Virus record (IMG/VR): IMGVR_UViG_3300036770_008442
Coordinates: 32,001 to 96,000 of that record
DNA: 64,000 nucleotides
Source: a virus
Direction: 5' to 3' (one strand)
Program-made: the position numbers and the translations under genes
Notes under the pieces: model-generated
Told to the model about the DNA's origin: nothing
Seen by the model: the letters and a program-made list of their open reading frames with translations, nothing else
Database searches by the model: none
In this document: in pieces, positions 57,069 to 64,000 of the stretch
Layout: each line of letters opens with the position of its first letter
How positions within the stretch are numbered: the first letter of the stretch is position 1

Positions 57069-57598
57069 GGATTATAATTTTCCGGATTTGTCCAATCACC
57101 AGAGATTGGAAAGTATGGGTCAGTAATTTTGAGATCATAATCTCCAAAATTCAAAAAATCTAAGTTATCTGTGTGAAGCCTTCTTTCAGTTGAATCAGCA
57201 TCGTTTCTTGCAGAGAGCCTTGCTCTTCTTGTTTCCTCTTCTATATCAAGATAAACAATAAAAGAATCAGAACGATCTAGATCATTTAGAGATTTGAGGG
57301 ATGAAGGGGTCATGATGAAAAGATTAGAGGATCGAAAAGTATTTTCTGGAGTGCCATAAAACCAATTATTGAAATAAGCATGCTCGTAGAAAAACCCAGC
57401 AGACAAAAGACTTCTATGTTCCTCTTCGGAGATAAAGAAATAGTCTATTCCGTTTTCTTCTTTTTCTCTTTTAGGCCTAGTTGTAAAAGGAACACCAAAA
57501 GAAAAACCCCTTTTTTGAAGGGATTTTCTTAAATAATCTTTGCCGGATCCTCCGGCTCCTGTTATTATTAATCTTTTCTTGAATTCACTATTCTTCAT
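57065..57598 (-). CDS. gmk: Guanylate kinase-like protein (start moved to ATG 57598)
   Basis: GAGGSGKD, TTRPKREKEENGIDYFF, WFYGT. Confidence 0.88.
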   Translation of the reverse strand: MKNSEFKKRLIITGAGGSGKDYLRKSLQKRGFSFGVPFTTRPKREKEENGIDYFFISEEEHRSLLSAGFFYEHAYFNNWFYGTPENTFRSSNLFIMTPSSLKSLNDLDRSDSFIVYLDIEEETRRARLSARNDADSTERRLHTDNLDFLNFGDYDLKITDPYFPISGDWTNPENYNP

Positions 57599-57899
57599 TA
57601 TCTTCTTCAGTAGATAAAATACCCTCCTCAAGATCGTTAAATCTCTTCTCCGCTAAATGATATCTGCTGCACGCCCACGCCCACTTACCAAAATCTTCAT
57701 TACCCGGAAATATTTCTCTTTCTGGCATATGAACTCCAAAAACTATTTTGGGCTTGTCTATTTTGATTTTAAAGACCTCCCATCCTATAGTCATATCCAA
57801 TTCTGGATCAAATTGTTCATAGATCATGGACTTTTCTCCCCTCTTATTCAACTTATAGATAAATCCATTTTTTCTAATCTCAGAAGATAATAATTCCAT
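57588..57899 (-). CDS. Hypothetical protein
   Basis: 103-aa ORF coupled to both neighbours; FPGNEDFGKWAW. Confidence 0.65.
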   Translation of the reverse strand: MELLSSEIRKNGFIYKLNKRGEKSMIYEQFDPELDMTIGWEVFKIKIDKPKIVFGVHMPEREIFPGNEDFGKWAWACSRYHLAEKRFNDLEEGILSTEEDNEE

Positions 57900-58846
57900 T
57901 ACTCGATCAATTTTTGTATTTTGAAAATCAGAGACAAAAGGCTGACCACTGGATCTATTACCACCTGTCTTTGTGCCTGGTGTTCTGCAACTAAAACAAT
58001 GACGCCCGGGATAATAACAGCATACGATGATTTGTTCTTAATAATCCAATTGATAAACTCTTCGCCTAAGGCTGTCATAACATCATCTACCTTAGAAGAA
58101 TATTGGCCTACAATAGCCTGATAGTTTTTAACTGGATCTTTAGATTCGAAAATCATTCTGTAGATATCCTCATAGGACCATCCAGAATCATTAATTCTAG
58201 ATGAATCTATTTTATCAACTCCCTCAATTACCCAAGATTGAATTCTATTCAAGGAAGATCTAAGATCCGGAAAATACTCCTTTTCAAATTCATCCAAAGA
58301 ATCTTCATCAATTTCAATCTTCAGTTTTTGAAGTATTAGTTTAATTCGGGATCTCCATTCATTTTTAACATAATCCTCCTCTTCTTGAGAAATCGGATCA
58401 AAACTTATAACCTCAAATCTGCTTTGGATAGCTTCAGGAACCTTATTGATCCAATTGCAAGTTGCAACGAATCGAGTGTTAGCTGCAAATTTTTCTATCG
58501 TTCCTCTTAAAGCTTTATAGAACTGTTCGGATGCTCCATCAAACTCATCGAGTACCACTACCTTTTTTGATGATTTACCATCTAAGATAGAAATGGTAGA
58601 ACAGAAATCATTAATTTTCGTTCTTATGGTTTCAACTGAGCTCTCATCTGACACATTGATAAAAATATGGGGGGATCCGTTAGATAAAATTTTAGCAAGA
58701 GTTGTTTTACCACATCCTGGGCTTCCGGTCAAAAGAACATTATGATTTATGCCTTTATTCTCAAATAAGGATCTAATCCTCTTAGGCAAAATCATATGCC
58801 GTATTTCTTTGGGACGAAGTTTTTCAGTTAAAAGCTGATCAATCAT
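57899..58846 (-). CDS. gp44: Sliding clamp loader large subunit (T4 gp44 / RFC-like)
   Basis: TEKLRP, GSPGCGKTT, VLDEFD, ALRGTIE, IQSRF, FPDLR. Confidence 0.92.
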   Translation of the reverse strand: MIDQLLTEKLRPKEIRHMILPKRIRSLFENKGINHNVLLTGSPGCGKTTLAKILSNGSPHIFINVSDESSVETIRTKINDFCSTISILDGKSSKKVVVLDEFDGASEQFYKALRGTIEKFAANTRFVATCNWINKVPEAIQSRFEVISFDPISQEEEDYVKNEWRSRIKLILQKLKIEIDEDSLDEFEKEYFPDLRSSLNRIQSWVIEGVDKIDSSRINDSGWSYEDIYRMIFESKDPVKNYQAIVGQYSSKVDDVMTALGEEFINWIIKNKSSYAVIIPGVIVLVAEHQAQRQVVIDPVVSLLSLIFKIQKLIE

Positions 58847-58861
58847 AAGGATTCCTTTTGC

Positions 58862-58892
58862 TTTTTACAGGAAAAGGAGCCTTAAGTTTCCC
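58862..58892 (-). promoter_or_regulatory. Bipartite promoter-like motif GGGAAACTT-N12-CCTGTAAAAA
   Basis: Second exact copy; heads the clamp-loader operon. Confidence 0.65.
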
Positions 58893-58895
58893 CTT

Positions 58896-60236
58896 TTAAA
58901 AAAGATCAGATAGATCGTCTGGATCTTTTTTATCACTTCTCAGCTCTACAAACCTTGGCAAAAATAGACTCCTGTTATTATGTTTATCTGTGATGGGAAC
59001 ATTATATTGAACGGAAATAATAGATCCAATAAGTGAATCTGGATCTTTACTCAATTCAACCAGATCTAGATCTGTAAATCCCGCTCCTATCTTAACTCGA
59101 AGGGTTTTGGATAAATCAGTACAAACTAGACCACCAATAAATCCTTCTCTTTTCCCTTCACCCTCGTACCACCCCGTCACAATCAAATCGCACTCATTTA
59201 CTTCTTTTAATTTGACCCAATTTTTGCTTCTCTTGCACTCATAAAAGTGATCGTTTTTACAGATAACACCCTCACCTCCCTCGGAAACAATCTTTTTATA
59301 GATGGCCAGGATTTCCTCCATATTGTCCACCTCCCACATTTGACCCAATTTTATGAAGGTATAGTCTTCACGAGGATCAAAAAGATCAGATAGATTCTTT
59401 CTTCTTTCCGTATACTTAATATTCCCAATTCCCGATTTTAAAGTTTGTGAGGAATCTAGGTCAAAAATGTGAAATATGAAGTTTTTATCAATGTCTTCGG
59501 GGGCTGTTCCTTTTAGGATCTGCGTCACTTTACCAGAAACGGATTTTCTATTTAAATCGGTAAGCTCCCCATCGAAAAATATGTTTTTTAATCCCCCTGA
59601 TATTTTTTTTAGTTCTTTTGCTACATTCTTCATTCTAGAAGAATCAATCTCATTAAAGGCTCTGGTAAAGAATGAAAAATTTCCATCATCGTTCAGAATT
59701 GCAATGACTCTGACCCCATCATATTTTTCTTCACAGTATGCATTTTTCCATTTTACAATTTCACCTGAATCATCAGTAGCTAGCATAAGAGAAGGATCAG
59801 GGATTATCTCCCTCCCAATTGCCTTATTAATGAGCTTGGCACCAATTCCAATATTCATTCTCTTGGAAAGAACTTTGCCTAAAATTTTTCTAATTTCAAG
59901 ATCCCGATCAGGATCCAAGTGAAATTGATATCTTAAGATATTAGAAGCTCGAAGTCTCAATGAATCATTAGCAGCTGGTGCCTTTTTCAGATCCTCAACA
60001 AGTTCCACAAAGGTGTCCCAGAAAATCTCCTCACTTCCCTCGTAATTAATTCTATCGAGTCTAGAATTATCTATTTCTAGTTTATGAATTTTAGTGGTTA
60101 CAAAGGGATTAAAACATATATCTAAAAGATACAGCATCTTATCAGATAAATTTTGGGAGATAAGAGATTGCTTTTTTTTCTGCGAACCCTCGCCCGTACA
60201 TTTTTCCATTTCCAGAAAAACATCTAGTTCTTTCAT
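58896..60236 (-). CDS. lig: ATP-dependent DNA ligase
   Basis: EEKYDGVR, FDGEL, FHIFD, EGVICK, WVKLK, SLFLPRF. Confidence 0.95.
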   Translation of the reverse strand: MKELDVFLEMEKCTGEGSQKKKQSLISQNLSDKMLYLLDICFNPFVTTKIHKLEIDNSRLDRINYEGSEEIFWDTFVELVEDLKKAPAANDSLRLRASNILRYQFHLDPDRDLEIRKILGKVLSKRMNIGIGAKLINKAIGREIIPDPSLMLATDDSGEIVKWKNAYCEEKYDGVRVIAILNDDGNFSFFTRAFNEIDSSRMKNVAKELKKISGGLKNIFFDGELTDLNRKSVSGKVTQILKGTAPEDIDKNFIFHIFDLDSSQTLKSGIGNIKYTERRKNLSDLFDPREDYTFIKLGQMWEVDNMEEILAIYKKIVSEGGEGVICKNDHFYECKRSKNWVKLKEVNECDLIVTGWYEGEGKREGFIGGLVCTDLSKTLRVKIGAGFTDLDLVELSKDPDSLIGSIISVQYNVPITDKHNNRSLFLPRFVELRSDKKDPDDLSDLF

Positions 60237-60311
60237 GTAATTAAAATCTTTGAGAAATAATTCTCCTAAAAATAAGAAAGATTAACAACTAAAAAAAATA
60301 ATTAGGGGGAA

Positions 60312-61304
60312 TTAAAGATAACTTTTTTCCGGTATCTGAATCTTTTTTTCCCCCATATACTCATAGATATCATTCGGATCAACAGGTACAGCACCCGAGA
60401 TTCGACAAACCAAAGATCCGGAGAGATTAGAAACATCTATACAATCAGTAAGGCTAAATCCGCTCAAGAACATGAGCATAAAAACAGCACTAACTGTGTC
60501 ACCTGCTCCAGAGACGTCCACTATATTAATCGAATGACCATTTACACTAAAGTTTGAATCATTCGAAGATAAAGCCATTCCCCTTTCAGACATGGTGATC
60601 AATGCATATTGGATGTCATATTTAGAAATTAGATTCTTTGCAAGATCAAAAATCTCAGCGACTGAAAGATTCTGGTTTTGGTTGATTTTCAATCCATCCT
60701 TAAGTTCCGATAGATTGGGCTTCAAAATGGTAGTTCCCTGATATTTAGTAAAATCCTTATCCTTAGGATCGGTTAAAACTGGGATTTTTAAGGTCTTACA
60801 TCTACTAATAATTTCAGAGATCAAACCCCTAGTTAAAACTCCCTTGCCATAATCCTGAAGAATAACACCGTCTAAATTTTGACAAATGGAATCAAAGGAT
60901 TCTAGAATAGAGAAAAACACATTCTCTGGAATATCAGAGGTTGTTTCATTATCTATTCTTGTTATCTGATGACCATTTCCTATGATTCGGGTTTTTACTG
61001 TAGTTGGCCTTTGATCAGAAATTAGGATCGGGGTAATCCCAGCCTGTTCTAATAAAACATTTAGAATATTAGAATACTCATCCTCTCCTGAAACTGAAAT
61101 TAAATAGCAGGTGGAACCAAAAACAGAAATATTCTGGGCAACATTAGCAGCTCCGCCCAAGCAATAGATCTCATCCTCTTTCAGAACAACAGGAACGGGA
61201 GCTTCGGGGGAAACCCGGTTAACTTTCCCATAAACGTAATGATCTAAAATGGAATCTCCGATTACTGCGATCCTTTTATTCGCAAAAACATTCACAAAAT
61301 TCAT
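60312..61304 (-). CDS. rfaE: Heptose-7-phosphate kinase (RfaE/HldE kinase domain, PfkB family)
   Basis: VIGDSILDHY, RVSPEAPVPV, LGGAANVA, QDYGKG, DVSGAGDT. Confidence 0.92.
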   Translation of the reverse strand: MNFVNVFANKRIAVIGDSILDHYVYGKVNRVSPEAPVPVVLKEDEIYCLGGAANVAQNISVFGSTCYLISVSGEDEYSNILNVLLEQAGITPILISDQRPTTVKTRIIGNGHQITRIDNETTSDIPENVFFSILESFDSICQNLDGVILQDYGKGVLTRGLISEIISRCKTLKIPVLTDPKDKDFTKYQGTTILKPNLSELKDGLKINQNQNLSVAEIFDLAKNLISKYDIQYALITMSERGMALSSNDSNFSVNGHSINIVDVSGAGDTVSAVFMLMFLSGFSLTDCIDVSNLSGSLVCRISGAVPVDPNDIYEYMGEKKIQIPEKSYL

Positions 61305-61314
61305 TTATCAACTG

Positions 61315-62919
61315 TTAAAGAGTAAACTGTTCTGGTTCATCTTCCCCTCCCTCACCCCCTCCTTTTTCCTTAGCTTCCTTCTCCGCTTGCTCTGCTTCTT
61401 TTTTCTTATATTCCTCATTTTTCCGATATTCATCCATCGATAATCCTAGCCATCTCTTAATTAAAAATTCCTTATCAAAATAAGGTTCCTCTTCATCCCC
61501 TATTCTTTGATTCATTTCCGACATAGAGTTTACAAATTCAGATCTCTTTGTTAAATTTTGGAGATTTAAGAATTCTTCAAAGATGTTTTCCCTTACATAA
61601 TCCAGTCCTAGATTAGACTTAAAGGATCGGTCTTTAGATAATTCTGGAAAATCTAAACACATTTGGATATAAAGAGGCTTAACCAATATTTCCTGAAAAA
61701 CCGATCTAATTCTGGTTAAAAACTTTTCATAACGGATTTCATCCCTCTCTAGCTGATCTATACTAATCTGATAATTAGCCGGGGTTCCACCTCTAAAAGA
61801 AAATCTAGCATATGGAATTTTTGAATCTAGTTTGAGCTTATTGTAGAAATAAACAACATTTTCCATCACATTAAAATCTGGTCCATTGGGATCTAAAGTC
61901 TCGATAGAAGGGGACTGTCCATCTTTTTCAGGAAAAAGATAGTTCTTGTAGAATTGCACCTTAGGTCTACCATTGACTGTCAATTCTCCAGAGAAATCAT
62001 TCAGTTCTATCTCCTCCTTGTAAATAGACATTAATTGACCCAAAGTTTGCATGGCTTTCTGCTGGGATTGGCTTCCAACCGGTATAACAAATTTGAGACG
62101 ATATGAAGCATTCATAACATTCCAAATAACCCGGGTATTCTCCATAATTCTAAGAATATTGTACGATCTCACAAGTCTTTCTACATAACTAACTCTAGAG
62201 ATCGTATTTCCCTTAGCATAAGACAAATAAATCACCTGCTCATTTTGGAGCTTTCTGGTCATATTATTATCATTTGGATATTGGATCCAGATCTGTTTAA
62301 ATTCACCATTTGGCTGAGGCTCTGTTGCTGGCTGAAGGGAAGTCGGATCCAATTCTTTGAATCCGACTATCTTTTTACCATTTGTAGAATAAACAATCTC
62401 AAAAGCCAAAAATCCATCAATAAGAAACTGTCTGAAATATTGCCAAGCTAAAACTGATTGTTGAAACCCAAACATCATATACAGATTCCTATATGATTCA
62501 TCTATTCGATCTAATATTTCTTTCTTAATTTCTATATTAGCAATGCCGGGATATGAAAAGAAGTTCTTATCGTCATAATTTATAGCATCATCTGTCAAGG
62601 TATCCAGAATAAAATCAATCTCCCCGTTGAGAGAAAATTTTCTTAGAAAATCCCTTTTGCCCAGATAGTCTTTATCAAAATAAGCAATATATTTTCTAAT
62701 TTTTGTGTCCTGATATCCCAAAGTCCAATAGAAGGCGGAATTTTCAGTAAATCCGGTTCCTTGCTCTTTGAAAAAATTAGATTCAGTTTGGCCAATAGCT
62801 TGGGAATTCCGGATTACCATATCCTCGTATTTCATCCCAAACTTCCCTATGCGACTCAGGTTTTTATATAAGACGTTTAAAAAACTTCTTTCCTGAACGT
62901 TATCCAAAAATCCGGCCAT
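61315..62919 (-). CDS. gp20: Portal protein (T4 gp20-like), copy 1
   Basis: FRQFLIDG, ELDP, LRIMENTRVIW, YFYNKLKLDSKIPYAR, LERDEIRYEKFLTRIR correspond to gp20 motifs. Confidence 0.88.
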   Translation of the reverse strand: MAGFLDNVQERSFLNVLYKNLSRIGKFGMKYEDMVIRNSQAIGQTESNFFKEQGTGFTENSAFYWTLGYQDTKIRKYIAYFDKDYLGKRDFLRKFSLNGEIDFILDTLTDDAINYDDKNFFSYPGIANIEIKKEILDRIDESYRNLYMMFGFQQSVLAWQYFRQFLIDGFLAFEIVYSTNGKKIVGFKELDPTSLQPATEPQPNGEFKQIWIQYPNDNNMTRKLQNEQVIYLSYAKGNTISRVSYVERLVRSYNILRIMENTRVIWNVMNASYRLKFVIPVGSQSQQKAMQTLGQLMSIYKEEIELNDFSGELTVNGRPKVQFYKNYLFPEKDGQSPSIETLDPNGPDFNVMENVVYFYNKLKLDSKIPYARFSFRGGTPANYQISIDQLERDEIRYEKFLTRIRSVFQEILVKPLYIQMCLDFPELSKDRSFKSNLGLDYVRENIFEEFLNLQNLTKRSEFVNSMSEMNQRIGDEEEPYFDKEFLIKRWLGLSMDEYRKNEEYKKKEAEQAEKEAKEKGGGEGGEDEPEQFTL

Positions 62920-62939
62920 TTTATTTAATTAACTTTTGT

Positions 62940-64000
62940 TTATGCTGTGGGTTCTTCAGTTCCTTCCGCGGGTGGAGCGGGCTCGCTCGGGGTGGCTGCG
63001 GGAGCTTCTGGCTGCTCGCCTTCTGGACTTTGTCCTTCAGCTTCTCCAGATTTTTCGCTCTCTTTCTTTTCCTTTTTTCTTTTCTCTTTTGCTTCCATGT
63101 TTGCCTTAATATCATCCTCGGTCATTCCCAGATAATTTTCTATCAGATAAGCAAGAGAAAAGAAAGGTTTTCCATCTGCATCTGTTAATCCATATAGAGA
63201 CGAAATAGATTCTTTTTTCTTGGACATAGTTTCCATCTCCTGATTAATTCGAAATGGATTATCAGAAACAAAGGTTAATCCTAATTGGCTTTTAAACAGA
63301 TGATCCTTTTCTAGTTCTGGAAAATCTTTACACATCTGGATCCAAAGTGGCTTTATGAGGATATCCTGGAAAATAGATCTAAGCCTTGTAATAAACTTAG
63401 AGAATCTTATTTCCTCCTTATCCAAACCCTCTGCAGAATTTGAATATTTTCCAATTGATCCACCGTCCGGTCCCTGAAATCTCGAAAATGGAATTTTAGA
63501 TTCTTGAGCAAGCTTATCGAAGAAATAAGCTAAAGGACCAGGGTCATTTAAATTGGGTCCAGCGTTGCTGATTGGTTCTATTGTAGGAGTACCATTAACA
63601 CCAGAAGGCATCAGATAATTTTTATAGAACTGAATCTTAGGTCTTCCGTCTATAGTTAATTCTCCGCTTTCGTCGTTGAATCTGATATCCTCTTTATAGA
63701 TACTCATTAATTCTCCCAAAGTCTGCATAGATTTTTGAGGAGATTTGGTACCAATAGGAACGGTCATTTTCATTCTAAATGAAGCATTCATCACGGACCA
63801 AATCACCCGAGTATATTCGATAATTCGGAGAACATTGTATGGTCTAATCAGTCTTTCGGTATAGCTAATTCTAGAAACCGAATTTCCCTTTGCGTATGAA
63901 ATGTAAATAATCTGGGAATCGTATAAAAGCCTTCTTCTATTCTCATCCTTTGGGTATTGGTACCAAACATTTAAATAAGTTCCATCTTTTTGTTTTTCAA
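62940..64000 (-). CDS. gp20: Portal protein (gp20-like), copy 2; 5' part lies beyond the window
   Basis: Frame is open from the right edge (EKQKDGTYLNVWYQYP...ISYAKGNSVSRISYTERL...) and aligns colinearly with copy 1. The track's start at 63806 is an edge artefact. Confidence 0.88.
   Translation of the reverse strand, partial: EKQKDGTYLNVWYQYPKDENRRRLLYDSQIIYISYAKGNSVSRISYTERLIRPYNVLRIIEYTRVIWSVMNASFRMKMTVPIGTKSPQKSMQTLGELMSIYKEDIRFNDESGELTIDGRPKIQFYKNYLMPSGVNGTPTIEPISNAGPNLNDPGPLAYFFDKLAQESKIPFSRFQGPDGGSIGKYSNSAEGLDKEEIRFSKFITRLRSIFQDILIKPLWIQMCKDFPELEKDHLFKSQLGLTFVSDNPFRINQEMETMSKKKESISSLYGLTDADGKPFFSLAYLIENYLGMTEDDIKANMEAKEKRKKEKKESEKSGEAEGQSPEGEQPEAPAATPSEPAPPAEGTEEPTA

Noticed and set aside
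51982-61304. Bacterial chromosome or prophage-flank origin for the gmk, rfaE, fpg and exonuclease genes
   Set aside because: They are interleaved with T4-like gp44, RNase H, ligase and portal genes, sharing strand and composition, and there is no integrase or att site.
44555-62919. Introns, inteins or homing endonucleases in capsid, ligase, clamp loader or portal genes
   Set aside because: The ORFs are continuous, of ordinary size, and I saw no splice-junction, LAGLIDADG, HNH or GIY-YIG motifs.
588-63135. Many short ORFs antisense to or overlapping long genes (e.g. 588-899, 14219-14629, 23194-23715, 59476-59922, 62921-63115)
   Set aside because: They are shadows of well-supported genes, with no motifs or independent expression signals.
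1-64000. Alternative genetic code (stop-codon reassignment as in some jumbo phages)
   Set aside because: Coding density is near complete in code 11, and TAA, TAG (e.g. phoH, 51982) and TGA (e.g. 17452, 52683) all end genes at sensible boundaries.

Overview
This is a 64-kb segment of a large, AT-rich, T4-like (myovirus-type) jumbo phage genome using the standard code 11. Nearly all genes lie on the minus strand; only phoH and one hypothetical gene are on +. From right to left it carries: two tandem portal (gp20-like) paralogues; a heptose-phosphate kinase; a replication/repair block (ligase, clamp loader, guanylate kinase, 5'-3' exonuclease, degenerate UV endonuclease, Fpg, 3'-5' exonuclease); a head module (nucleotidyltransferase, 915-aa protein, protease-scaffold fusion, major capsid protein, a run of probable internal head proteins); an AsnB/kinase/glycosyltransferase cluster; an atypical tRNA-like element; a Nudix gene; and a baseplate/neck/tail-fibre module with a ribosomal protein S1 homologue and an amidoligase embedded in it. 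SD-less A-rich leaders and the S1 N-terminus point to a Bacteroidota host (inference). The main unannotated signals are: (1) a GATA[T/A]ATA late-promoter-like motif before 12 genes, several times placed inside RNA hairpins or a terminator; (2) a second bipartite promoter GGGAAACTT-N12-CCTGTAAAAA; (3) a probable nested scaffold gene inside the prohead protease; (4) a T4 capsid-targeting-like 'FxEF...NE' tag on many proteins, including a nucleotidyltransferase; (5) duplicated portals. All function calls come from motif recognition by eye; no database search was run.
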